The notes under the pieces were generated by a model. The model did no database searches, was not told the DNA's origin, and saw nothing but the letters and a program-made list of their open reading frames with translations. The position numbers and the translations under genes were made by a program. This document shows positions 28,517 through 37,894 of a stretch of 64,000 bases of DNA, piece by piece. Every line of letters begins with the position of its first letter. Within the stretch, counting starts at the first letter, position 1. The stretch is taken from positions 96,001-160,000 of IMG/VR virus record IMGVR_UViG_3300024493_000235. One strand, written 5' to 3'. The stretch is from a virus (lineage: Duplodnaviria > Caudoviricetes).

Positions 28517-29614
28517 ATGTATGTAAAAGAAGTTACCCTTGAAGAATTACTTGATGATAATTATGGTAAAGATACAACCTTGGAAAACGTAATATCCGAA
28601 GAAGATTATGAACTTATAGATATTACAACCACATGTGATTTACTTGATATGGCGGTGGATATGAATGACGGCATCGATTATCTAGCTGCATGTATGATGC
28701 ACGGTACCAAAATAGGCGATACCATATACACCATAGAAGGTGTAAAAGAAGCGGCAAAAACTATTATTGCTTTCATAGGTAAAGCAATTCAATTATGTCT
28801 TTCGTTATTGTCCCGATTAGGCACAATAATAGTCTTTCCAGTCTTACTTCTCATAAAATTCTTCGGAAAAATTCCAATGAAAAAGTTTTTAAACGCCATA
28901 AAAGAAAGCTGGCATGAAACAGATCAACTGTTTTTAAACGCACTTGTTCCATTTGTAAGTTCAGACATAACTCAAGAAATAAACAAAATTGATCTTGAAC
29001 TTAGAAGAGAAACGAATGATGGTATTTCACTTCTGGAAGACGCCATATTAAACGCTAAGCATGATTTGGCGGTTATCTCTATAAAAAATACACGTGACGC
29101 TATGGAACGTCAACAGAAGAAAAACGAATTCCAAGTGAACTCATTTAATATGCAAATTGATGAGATATTATCTTTATATGATGATATCGAAAAAGAGTCT
29201 AAATCAAGAAAAGAACAATGGGAAAATTCGACTAGCAAACAGTACCAAAAAGATTTTGACAGTATATACAACAACTTTTCTGATGCACATGTATTCGGCG
29301 ACATTGAAAGATGGGGTGCAAATAATATAAAGCGACAATGCGAAGAGAGTGAAAAACATCTTCAAAAAATAGCAAAAGATATTCAAAATATATCTTTCGA
29401 TGATACCGATGCAACCATTCCTGAAGATGAAGTACGAAATTTTAGGGTGTGTATATTAAATATGGTAAACGGTGTTAGAAGTATAATACAATGCCGTATT
29501 AAATTATGCACAATTAGGAATAAATTTTCATTTCGCGTATGCCAAAATGTAAAAAAAATTTACGATTCTATAGGGCGTAAACAGCAAGATGAAAATCTTG
29601 AACTGCGGAAATGA
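28517..29614 (+). CDS. Internal head protein-like paralog with KEVTLEELL leader
   Basis: MYVKEVTLEELLDD, YTIEG site, then a hydrophobic amphipathic helix and coiled coil. Confidence 0.7.
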   Translation: MYVKEVTLEELLDDNYGKDTTLENVISEEDYELIDITTTCDLLDMAVDMNDGIDYLAACMMHGTKIGDTIYTIEGVKEAAKTIIAFIGKAIQLCLSLLSRLGTIIVFPVLLLIKFFGKIPMKKFLNAIKESWHETDQLFLNALVPFVSSDITQEINKIDLELRRETNDGISLLEDAILNAKHDLAVISIKNTRDAMERQQKKNEFQVNSFNMQIDEILSLYDDIEKESKSRKEQWENSTSKQYQKDFDSIYNNFSDAHVFGDIERWGANNIKRQCEESEKHLQKIAKDIQNISFDDTDATIPEDEVRNFRVCILNMVNGVRSIIQCRIKLCTIRNKFSFRVCQNVKKIYDSIGRKQQDENLELRK

Positions 29615-29622
29615 TACAAATA

Positions 29623-29649
29623 ATATCCGGGCCATTATGGCCCGGATAT
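29623..29649. terminator. Bidirectional terminator hairpin
   Basis: atatccgggcca-tta-tggcccggatat between convergent genes. Confidence 0.8.
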
Positions 29650-29653
29650 ATGT

Positions 29654-31312
29654 TTAAAAGAATGCGAATCGCGTTCTCAATGCTGCTTTTACATCGTCAC
29701 CAAAAGGAAGACTTAACATAAGCAATTCATTCGGTAACCCATTTTGCACACAATATTTTATTGCAATCTTTCGTAAGCGAGGAATATCTGCTAACACCTG
29801 TCTAAAAATATCCATTTTCTCTGCCGCCGATATTCCAGAAATATTTCCGCCAAAACGATCTGGATCCACCTCATCTGCAAGTTCCTGTTGACGATTCTTT
29901 CCAGAAGCATGAGTTCCTGTACCGGCATTTCCTGCATATGCCATGTGCCCATATTCATGACCTACGATAAATAAATACCAATTATTTTTATCGGTATCTT
30001 TCCAACTTGCAATCAGGGACGAGACGACAATTGCAATATTTTTTGTCGCATTATTGATGCATTGTTTTACCTCATCAATTGACATTTCACGCCGTGAACC
30101 ATCTGAGTTTATTTGTAACAATGTTTCCATTACAGGAAGACATACGGCTCCTCCGTGTATTGCAACTGTTGCATCGTCAACATATACGCTTATATCACCA
30201 ATTGTATCAATAGGATCTTTGCTTCCATCTCTAGGTACAAATATACCGTCATGAATAGCACCGCCTATTTTTGCTATATTGTGTACAGAGGAATCGATGG
30301 TTCTAAAATACTTTGCAATTGCAACATTTTGTTTTGCAATTTCATTCACATCGTAACGAATGCAGTTCAATGCTTGTTGGATTATTTGCCTATATTTTGA
30401 TGGCATCTTTTCAAAAAGAGTTTGACTTGTCATTCTTTCAAATATCTTTTCAACGTTAGATAATTCTTTTGTAAAATCCAAAAGTTCTTTTGAAAGATTT
30501 TTCGTGTCTGAGTCGAGTTTTTCTCGAAGATTCTCAGAAAGAGTCAATATTTCTCCTAAGCTGCGTACAACTTCAGGACCCTTTAAATCTTTAAATGTCC
30601 TGTCGCTATTTAATACTTCAAGATTCTGTAAGAGGGTCTCTGCATTAAACGAGTTTCTCTCATCCTTTTTTTCTTCGCGAATTCGTACATGATCCACAAG
30701 TTTTCCGAATTCAGAAGACGAGTCTATTTTATGTACATCATTTACAACACCGTTTACAGTTTTAAAATCTCCTGCGAATAACCAAGAAGCAGCACTTTCG
30801 ATTTCTTTCAAAAACTGTCGTAATTCTTTTGCGTTTTCGTATTCCCTTGGAATAAGTGCTTGTAACTCTTTGTATGTTTTGGGGGCGTCACGTGCAATAT
30901 CACCGATGTTTGTTTTTACACGAACAGAATCGCAACTTAATCCGCCACTACCCGTTTTTAAATATGCGTCAACGTTTTGTTTAGTTTTCCATCTCATAAT
31001 CATTCTGAGAGGCCATGTGATTATGGAAAAAATAAACTTCATAACGTTATTTATAAAACGCGTAATTGCAAGAAAAACATTTTTAGCTCCGGTCTTAAAT
31101 TTGTTCCAAGCTTCCCCTTCTGTTGTAATGTTTAACGTATCGCATACAACACTTGCAGATTCAAACACCATACATTCCTGAATGAGTTCCATAACTTCGA
31201 TATTTTCACATTGAAGTTCAATGAATTGACCTGCAAGTTCGTCGTAATCTTCGCATACAACTTCAGGTTCTTCTTCTTTAAGTAATTCACTTAAAGTTAC
31301 TTCTTTCACCAT
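29654..31312 (-). CDS. Head-protein-family member with C-terminal HEXXH zinc metallopeptidase-like domain
   Basis: MVKEVTLSELL leader, ITTEG site, amphipathic helix, then FIVGHEYGH and a downstream DEVDPDRFG. Confidence 0.65.
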   Translation of the reverse strand: MVKEVTLSELLKEEEPEVVCEDYDELAGQFIELQCENIEVMELIQECMVFESASVVCDTLNITTEGEAWNKFKTGAKNVFLAITRFINNVMKFIFSIITWPLRMIMRWKTKQNVDAYLKTGSGGLSCDSVRVKTNIGDIARDAPKTYKELQALIPREYENAKELRQFLKEIESAASWLFAGDFKTVNGVVNDVHKIDSSSEFGKLVDHVRIREEKKDERNSFNAETLLQNLEVLNSDRTFKDLKGPEVVRSLGEILTLSENLREKLDSDTKNLSKELLDFTKELSNVEKIFERMTSQTLFEKMPSKYRQIIQQALNCIRYDVNEIAKQNVAIAKYFRTIDSSVHNIAKIGGAIHDGIFVPRDGSKDPIDTIGDISVYVDDATVAIHGGAVCLPVMETLLQINSDGSRREMSIDEVKQCINNATKNIAIVVSSLIASWKDTDKNNWYLFIVGHEYGHMAYAGNAGTGTHASGKNRQQELADEVDPDRFGGNISGISAAEKMDIFRQVLADIPRLRKIAIKYCVQNGLPNELLMLSLPFGDDVKAALRTRFAFF

Positions 31313-31335
31313 ATAATTCTCCCTTTCTTTTATTT

Positions 31336-31347
31336 TATCAAAATGTT
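31336..31347 (-). promoter_or_regulatory. Late promoter AACA-N6-TA
   Basis: AACA-TTTTGA-TA. Confidence 0.8.
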
Positions 31348-31366
31348 TTTGCGTATTAAATCAATA

Positions 31367-31393
31367 CTTCTAGGGCCATTATGGCCCTAGAAG
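31367..31393 (-). terminator. Terminator hairpin
   Basis: cttctagggcca-tta-tggccctagaag after the stop at 31398. Confidence 0.75.
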
Positions 31394-31397
31394 ATTA

Positions 31398-32663
31398 TTA
31401 TGTATTAGACATAGCTTGTGCTTTTAATACCTTGGTACACTCTATGGAAATCTCTGCACACTTAGAAAGTACATCTTTCCATGCAGCATCCATCGCCTCA
31501 TATTTCTCAGTTGAAATCGTTGCAGGGTTTGCATTATCCCGTACAAATTGATAAAACAGCCTTTTTTCAATGGAACTGTCTTGAATGTTTGGAGTATAAT
31601 GCTTATACCACTGTCGTACAAATAATACCGATAGCACTAAAAGCGGAGAATCAAATCTCTCCAGTGTGACTTCATCTTCTTCTATACCTGCAAGAAGTGC
31701 AAGACGAGATCTATTCCATCGTAGCATACTTCCAACAAAGTTACCAATTGTATACTCCTTGTTGTTTGTTGTAAGCATACCGGAAAACAACAGTTTATTT
31801 GCACGGGCAATAATATCGTGAAGTTTCTTGGAGTCGTTGAGCTCGTTATATAAAAAGCTTTTTGCGGCATCCGTTTCAGTTCTCGAATCAAGATACTTTT
31901 TGAAAGATTCAAGTATCCAAGCAGGCCCCTGTGTGGCATATTCACTGAATTTTTTATCAAAGACTTTTTGTGCGATACCGGTATCTTCAAATTCTTTTTG
32001 AGCGTCAACGGCTTCTTTTGAACGAATCTTTATTTCAAGAGTATCCTTTATGGCTTCTCTTCTTCGCGCTTCATCGTAATAAGGAGATGTGGGATCGGTC
32101 TTTCCGGCTATGATGGCATCAACATCGTTATTTAATTGCTCGATCACAATATTCATCGTATTACGATCGAATGCGCCAATTTTTATCATGCCCTGTATTT
32201 CTTCCTCTGTGAATCTAAGAAGAGATGGATTTTCCAAATACATATCAAGCTGCATTAATGTATTCTGATGATACTCCATATCCTTCTTAGTCAATTCATC
32301 CGTTTCAGGAACAGGAACCGCCATTACATCATTGGATGTATCAACATTTTCTTGCTGTGGCGTTTTTTCAACTTCTGTAACGGTGATATCGCTAGCTGTA
32401 TCCGCAGAAGTATCATTAGGTTTTTTTTCAGGAAGACATATCGTATCAAAGTCGATACCCGTCATTCTTTTGAAGTTTTCTTTAAGGGTGTTATAATCTG
32501 TCTCGTTGTGACATGCGGCGAGTTTTTGTTTCATCTCTTCGATGAACGGTTTATTTCTCTCGTCATCAATTACAACTTTTACAAAGTTTTTTGACGGATC
32601 ATCCCGAGTAAACTCGGATTCTCCTGTTGGAAGCGGGAGTGTAATTTCTTCTGTTTGTAACAT
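31398..32663 (-). CDS. Hypothetical late protein
   Basis: 421 aa, second gene of a late operon. Confidence 0.7.
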   Translation of the reverse strand: MLQTEEITLPLPTGESEFTRDDPSKNFVKVVIDDERNKPFIEEMKQKLAACHNETDYNTLKENFKRMTGIDFDTICLPEKKPNDTSADTASDITVTEVEKTPQQENVDTSNDVMAVPVPETDELTKKDMEYHQNTLMQLDMYLENPSLLRFTEEEIQGMIKIGAFDRNTMNIVIEQLNNDVDAIIAGKTDPTSPYYDEARRREAIKDTLEIKIRSKEAVDAQKEFEDTGIAQKVFDKKFSEYATQGPAWILESFKKYLDSRTETDAAKSFLYNELNDSKKLHDIIARANKLLFSGMLTTNNKEYTIGNFVGSMLRWNRSRLALLAGIEEDEVTLERFDSPLLVLSVLFVRQWYKHYTPNIQDSSIEKRLFYQFVRDNANPATISTEKYEAMDAAWKDVLSKCAEISIECTKVLKAQAMSNT

Positions 32664-32669
32664 AATCCT

Positions 32670-33455
32670 TTATTCTCCTTCATCGTTATCGTTTGGATTT
32701 TTCTGCGGGAAACACGGAATCATTCTTTGCTGAACTGATATTTTTAAAGCCTCATAGCTTAAAGTATTTGAATACGCTCTACGAAGATATTTTATAAACT
32801 TTGGTACATCAAACTGAAGATATATAACTTCGTACAGATTAAATATCGAAGTATATTCGATATCTTCTTTGTTAGCATTATAAAGACAGTAAACAATTGT
32901 CTCTGGAGTTATATATTCATCAGTCTGGAATATAAGATCAATTATGTCAGAATACTTAATTGCTATAATAGCGTCAACTTTATTTTTGAACGTTTTTCTT
33001 GCATTTTTAAGCGATACGTTCCCTTGAAGTTGGTTTGCGAAAAATCCTGCAAAATGCTCTTTATGGTATAATATCGTAGAAACAAGAAATTCGATCATAT
33101 TGCGATGAATTCCAAAAACAAAAGTGCTGTAAATACTGTTTATGACTTCGGGGTCAAAAACCTGTCCCGCAGTATCAAGAATTATACCGCAGTTGTTATA
33201 CATCGAATTGATCACATCAGTATAAAACCAATCCATATCGGCCCTGTTTTTTGCAATGGCATCAGAGTCGACTTCATTATCTTCTGATTCCCTGTTATCA
33301 TCACGATACTTTAAAAGCATATAAAATACATTCAAGAAATTCTTTGTGAATGTATGGACAGGCTCAGCTACAGTTATCTGTTTTTGAACTTCTCCCCGTA
33401 ATTGGTCATTTGACATCATCATATCCATTTCGCTAAGAACGTCAGGATCATACAT
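32670..33455 (-). CDS. Hypothetical late protein
   Basis: 261 aa, GGAGG RBS, late promoter 33491..33502. Confidence 0.7.
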   Translation of the reverse strand: MYDPDVLSEMDMMMSNDQLRGEVQKQITVAEPVHTFTKNFLNVFYMLLKYRDDNRESEDNEVDSDAIAKNRADMDWFYTDVINSMYNNCGIILDTAGQVFDPEVINSIYSTFVFGIHRNMIEFLVSTILYHKEHFAGFFANQLQGNVSLKNARKTFKNKVDAIIAIKYSDIIDLIFQTDEYITPETIVYCLYNANKEDIEYTSIFNLYEVIYLQFDVPKFIKYLRRAYSNTLSYEALKISVQQRMIPCFPQKNPNDNDEGE

Positions 33456-33490
33456 AAAATTTTACCTCCATGAAGTTGGGACTAACATAT

Positions 33491-33502
33491 TATGAAATTG
33501 TT
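33491..33502 (-). promoter_or_regulatory. Late promoter AACA-N6-TA
   Basis: AACA-ATTTCA-TA. Confidence 0.75.
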
Positions 33503-33540
33503 GTAATTCAAAATTACGATGAAACAATTTTGATTTTGCC

Positions 33541-33550
33541 TATATATAAT
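33541..33550 (+). promoter_or_regulatory. Early/middle promoter motif TATATATAAT
   Basis: 20 nt before ATG 33570. Confidence 0.7.
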
Positions 33551-33569
33551 GAGATTAAGGGGATGAAAA

Positions 33570-35402
33570 ATGACACAATCACATATAGTCCCTGTACATT
33601 ATCCGCATATTGAACACCGAAAAGCAACTTTTAGTCCAGACGGAACTATTCTCGAGCAAGATGCAAGGGTATACAGCAGTCCTGAAGCAGTTCAACAATT
33701 CTTCTGTGCTGAACTTGAAAGGGAAAAATTAAAATATGAATATTCGCTACAAAACGCGCTCCAAAGCTATCAACATCAACAAGTAATGTACGGCATGCAA
33801 TTACAAGGTTTTTTAGCAGCAGTTGAAGTTGAAATGCAGCGAATGGACAATGAGCGACAGAGGTTGCAATTAGAAAATCAAAATTTTCAATTGTATGCCG
33901 AAAAACAAATAGCCATTTTAACGGCACAAATAGAAAATACAATAGATAAGTCTAAACAACTTGCTATAGAAGATAGTTCTCAATACATGGTAGGCAAAGA
34001 TTTTGCAGAAGATGCTCAATATGAGGTTATAAGCCCCATAGGTACGGAAGCCAAGAGCCCTTTTGATAAATCCGCTAAGTCTACAACACATATACAAGGA
34101 GGGAGTATGTCGGATGAAAAAACGGATGATCAAACAGAAGAAAGTGGTATAACTTCTGCATCCTCTGAGGAATACCTTCAAAAGCTAATTACGGACAAAG
34201 ATTACGTGATGGCTAATAAAGAGTATTTTGGGTTAATATTCGATTATAAAACTAATCGAATGAACAATGTTCCATTGAACTTCTATTTGGAGTTTGATAA
34301 GTTTAGGGATAACACGATGGTGATGAATTGGTGGCCTGACAATGGCAAAAACACAATTGACAAACCGCCTGAAACAATTCCGAAGACGCCAAATGGCTGG
34401 GAACCTGTCGATTACGTTCATGGATTTACAATTCCGTGCGAAACGTATGCAATGACGGGAACAGACGAAAACGACGTTGACGAATGGCAGTTCAGAAATG
34501 TTAAAAGTCAGCGTCTTACGATCTTCAAGCATTTCATACCGTCGAGTTTAAAAATGTATGCGGGAGAGAGTACGGACATCTACTGGGAAGCCTGGGACAT
34601 TCTTTTCAATACGGAATGGAAAGAAATCGTCGGGAAAGTAGCCGGTGGAATAGTTAAAGGGCAAGTGGGAATAATACGAACCTTAAGAAATGAGGCCAAC
34701 GGATTCTCAACATCGTATCTCACGATGTATATGCGCAATAACTCTCTGTCGCAGTATTTTGATTCGGAATACATCCGAAAGTATCGTGAGAAAGAAAGGT
34801 TAAGAAGAGAGGACGGTGCTAAAAACATTGACATGAGAATCAACGTTGAAATACAATATCCTCTTAAGTGGGCCGATTATCCGAGTGTAACGTATCCTGA
34901 TGGAACTATCGTTATGGACAAAACCGACCCGACCTTCACAGTTAAAGGAGCGATGGAACGCATCACACAGCTCATAGCCGAACTCGAAACACCTGAAGAC
35001 GAATTTGAAAATCCTACAGTGAAACACCTGCAGAAATTGTATTTGGATTTCCAAAATTATTTATGCTTCGGTCATTTCGTTAGCGCCCTATTGTATGCAC
35101 ACACAATAAACAAAAACAGGGAGTTCGTAATTATTGAGCAGATTTCAGCATCAAATGACTCAACAATGAAGCTTATTAATGAAGAGTCAAAGACAGAAAT
35201 CCGTCGTGAATGGAATATTTTCTGTAATGAGTTTGCGTACTGTGACACAAACTGCCAATCGGAAAAGTTCATGTGTAAGTATCATTCCCAAACCGATAGC
35301 TTTGTCATAACCAGGATGTTCCGTACCCATCCGATTATCGGCAGAGCAAAAGCAATCGTTTCTCGAGAGATCGAAGAAGAAAAAAGGAGGAACGGTTCCT
35401 AG
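33570..35402 (+). CDS. Hypothetical non-structural protein with Gln-rich coiled-coil N-terminus
   Basis: 610 aa. A possible internal start at MSDEK follows an in-gene AGGAGG. Confidence 0.7.
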   Translation: MTQSHIVPVHYPHIEHRKATFSPDGTILEQDARVYSSPEAVQQFFCAELEREKLKYEYSLQNALQSYQHQQVMYGMQLQGFLAAVEVEMQRMDNERQRLQLENQNFQLYAEKQIAILTAQIENTIDKSKQLAIEDSSQYMVGKDFAEDAQYEVISPIGTEAKSPFDKSAKSTTHIQGGSMSDEKTDDQTEESGITSASSEEYLQKLITDKDYVMANKEYFGLIFDYKTNRMNNVPLNFYLEFDKFRDNTMVMNWWPDNGKNTIDKPPETIPKTPNGWEPVDYVHGFTIPCETYAMTGTDENDVDEWQFRNVKSQRLTIFKHFIPSSLKMYAGESTDIYWEAWDILFNTEWKEIVGKVAGGIVKGQVGIIRTLRNEANGFSTSYLTMYMRNNSLSQYFDSEYIRKYREKERLRREDGAKNIDMRINVEIQYPLKWADYPSVTYPDGTIVMDKTDPTFTVKGAMERITQLIAELETPEDEFENPTVKHLQKLYLDFQNYLCFGHFVSALLYAHTINKNREFVIIEQISASNDSTMKLINEESKTEIRREWNIFCNEFAYCDTNCQSEKFMCKYHSQTDSFVITRMFRTHPIIGRAKAIVSREIEEEKRRNGS

Positions 35403-35413
35403 TACCAAGGTTT

Positions 35414-35442
35414 ACATCGGAGGGCATTTTGCCCTCCGATGT
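35414..35442. terminator. Bidirectional terminator hairpin
   Basis: acatcggagggca-ttt-tgccctccgatgt between convergent genes. Confidence 0.8.
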
Positions 35443-35445
35443 TTT

Positions 35446-37827
35446 TTATTTGTTGTCTAAAAACGCGTTTATAATAGTATCAAGAGTCGTATCGCTCATA
35501 TTATCAGAGATACCTTGTCTCATGCGTTCTCTTAAAATGTTTTGTTCTCGTATATATCGTGCCTTCTCGATATTGTTTTTTTTGGCCATCTTGGCTGTAA
35601 CAATTTTCCTATCGAGTTCCTCGGATTTCTGTCTCTTATATTGCTCTCTTTCTGATATACTCATGCCAGTCATCGTTTGTTGTATGTCTTCGGCTAAGAC
35701 ATCGTCCATTTCAAGTTCTTCAATAACTTCTGTTTCTGTAAGGTCAAGTAAAGATTCTTCAGAACCAAAAACCATTTCCGCTATATCGGCATAGGAGTTA
35801 TTGCCTTTATCGAATTCTGATTCATGAGTAAGAGAATTTCTTGTATCAACACTAAGAGTCGGTTTCATGTCAATAATAGAATTATAATTATTCTTCCCAA
35901 GAAATGCTGTAGTTTGAATTTTTATTACATCTTCCAATGTACTCATCGATTTTTCGAGTAGATCAGATTCTTCTATTCGTTTAGCGTCGTCGGCTAACGA
36001 CATAGGTCTTATATATCCTATAGGATAATCATATCTATCCGCAAGAATTTTAGAATAACAAAGCACCCACAATCCTATAAGATATGCTAAAAGAATATCG
36101 TCGTGTTTTCCAAATTTGTGCTCCAATTTTCCTTTTTTGTTTCTGACAATATTATTAAGTTCAAGAAATATGTCGTTATCATGAAGTACGTCGTATAATT
36201 CGTTTATGATAATTCCAAGTAACTCAGAAAACATTTGTGCACGTCTTGGAGTTGTTGTATCAAAACCATAAGCTACAGCCCTTGTTTTATTTGTAAGATT
36301 AATATTGTCAGCCGTTGAAAGATAAAACGTTTCATTTGTAGTTTTAGTATCGGGTTCTAAAGCTGAAGCATACAATCTTGTTATAAGTTCCGGTTTTAAT
36401 GTCATAATATTATCGATGATGGCAACACCCATGTTATTTTTTTCGATAGCAATAAGTGCATTTACAAACATTGTTGCGACATCAATAATACAATATGTAA
36501 ATATCGTAGTATTAGAATATGCGGTTCTTGCATTACTGCGAAGTGTTCCTATAAGCTCAAAAGTTTGAGGATCAATAATTACTAATGAAGAATAATCATT
36601 TTCAAGCATACCAGAACAGTCAACTGATATGACGTATTTTTTCTTTACATCTGGTTTCTTAAATATTTTAAGAACGTATGTGTTACGAATCGTTATCGTT
36701 CCTATAGGAGGAGTTACATACCGATAAACCCTTTCCAATTGTTCTTTGGTAAACGGAGAATCGTTGGACCTTCTTGACCACATAAGAAGAACTTCGCGGG
36801 TAATGGTTTCCAAGTTATTCTGCATAACTTTACATATATCACGAAAGTAATCTTCTCCAAAACCAAGTTGCTTATAAGAAAAACGAATATAAACAAAATT
36901 ATTCTTTGATTGTGTATCGATGAGAGTGCGAAGAGAATCCATATCGGGCTGATCGTAAAACAGTTTTTCATCAAACCCGATACATTGTGGAAGCATATCA
37001 TAAAATATAAAATCCCCTTCCTCGGTTCCAAGAACTCCAGGAGTTGATGTACATATCCTACAATATGGAGCTCCATTCATCTTTGCAAAATCTTTTGCTT
37101 TGCTCCATGCAGGGGCCGAGTTCAAAAATATTGTTTTACAACTTGGAATATGTGGAAGCTCGTCAAACCATTGTTCAGGTTCTGTAGCACCGCGCGATTT
37201 ATTCATAGCCTGTTGCTCTGTAGCAGGAGGATTGCGAACGATGATGCGGTTATTTGTACTTTCAGATTTAAGTGATTCTTTATTGATGCTGTCTTTTTTT
37301 TCATCCATCATCTGAAGATACCATGGAAGATTCTTAAGTACATCTTTTACACGCTCAAGGTTATCCTTTACGATAACAGGGGTATTTGCAAAAAATGATG
37401 TATTTAAATTAACTCCACCAAATGCCCATACATATCCCATAAAAGCTGCGACGGTACCTGTCTTTGTAGTCTGACGTGGAATCTCTACATAACAGTTTAT
37501 GTTATTTGTCATAAGCCATGAGAGTGCCAAATTTCCACGATTAAATACAAATGGTGTAACGCCTCCTGGAGCATTTATTCGTACGATTTCTCGTAGATAA
37601 TACCAATAGTTTCGTACAATTTCGGCATGCACTCTTCTTTGCATTTCTACCGATAAATGTTTATCGAACGGATCTATATATTTTAAGTCTTCATCATATA
37701 GTGTTAACATGAATTTGCTGTTTTTAACACTTAGGGATTTTAATATATGCCAAATTTTTATAGCTGATAAATTTTGGGTATTGTGATGAATATGTGGCTC
37801 TAATAAATGTACAGGTCCTTCATTCAT
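35446..37827 (-). CDS. terL: Terminase large subunit
   Basis: Walker A-like EIPRQTTKT, Walker B QWFDE, motif III TSTPG, nuclease ISVDCSG..DYS, IAIEKNNMG and HDDILLA. Confidence 0.9.
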   Translation of the reverse strand: MNEGPVHLLEPHIHHNTQNLSAIKIWHILKSLSVKNSKFMLTLYDEDLKYIDPFDKHLSVEMQRRVHAEIVRNYWYYLREIVRINAPGGVTPFVFNRGNLALSWLMTNNINCYVEIPRQTTKTGTVAAFMGYVWAFGGVNLNTSFFANTPVIVKDNLERVKDVLKNLPWYLQMMDEKKDSINKESLKSESTNNRIIVRNPPATEQQAMNKSRGATEPEQWFDELPHIPSCKTIFLNSAPAWSKAKDFAKMNGAPYCRICTSTPGVLGTEEGDFIFYDMLPQCIGFDEKLFYDQPDMDSLRTLIDTQSKNNFVYIRFSYKQLGFGEDYFRDICKVMQNNLETITREVLLMWSRRSNDSPFTKEQLERVYRYVTPPIGTITIRNTYVLKIFKKPDVKKKYVISVDCSGMLENDYSSLVIIDPQTFELIGTLRSNARTAYSNTTIFTYCIIDVATMFVNALIAIEKNNMGVAIIDNIMTLKPELITRLYASALEPDTKTTNETFYLSTADNINLTNKTRAVAYGFDTTTPRRAQMFSELLGIIINELYDVLHDNDIFLELNNIVRNKKGKLEHKFGKHDDILLAYLIGLWVLCYSKILADRYDYPIGYIRPMSLADDAKRIEESDLLEKSMSTLEDVIKIQTTAFLGKNNYNSIIDMKPTLSVDTRNSLTHESEFDKGNNSYADIAEMVFGSEESLLDLTETEVIEELEMDDVLAEDIQQTMTGMSISEREQYKRQKSEELDRKIVTAKMAKKNNIEKARYIREQNILRERMRQGISDNMSDTTLDTIINAFLDNK

Positions 37828-37840
37828 GTAATTCTCCTAT

Positions 37841-37852
37841 TATACATACGTT
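37841..37852 (-). promoter_or_regulatory. Variant late promoter AACG-N6-TA
   Basis: AACG-TATGTA-TA at the expected position before the terL RBS, one mismatch to consensus. Confidence 0.55.
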
Positions 37853-37857
37853 CAATA

Positions 37858-37889
37858 TAATGGCTAGTGGGAAAACCCACTAGCCATTA
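37858..37889 (-). terminator. Terminator hairpin
   Basis: taatggctagtggg-aaaa-cccactagccatta after the stop at 37895. Confidence 0.75.
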
Positions 37890-37894
37890 AAAAG

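Noticed and set aside
35446-37827. Intron or intein in the terminase
   Set aside because: The ORF is continuous with motifs at normal spacing. The extra length is a charged C-terminal tail.
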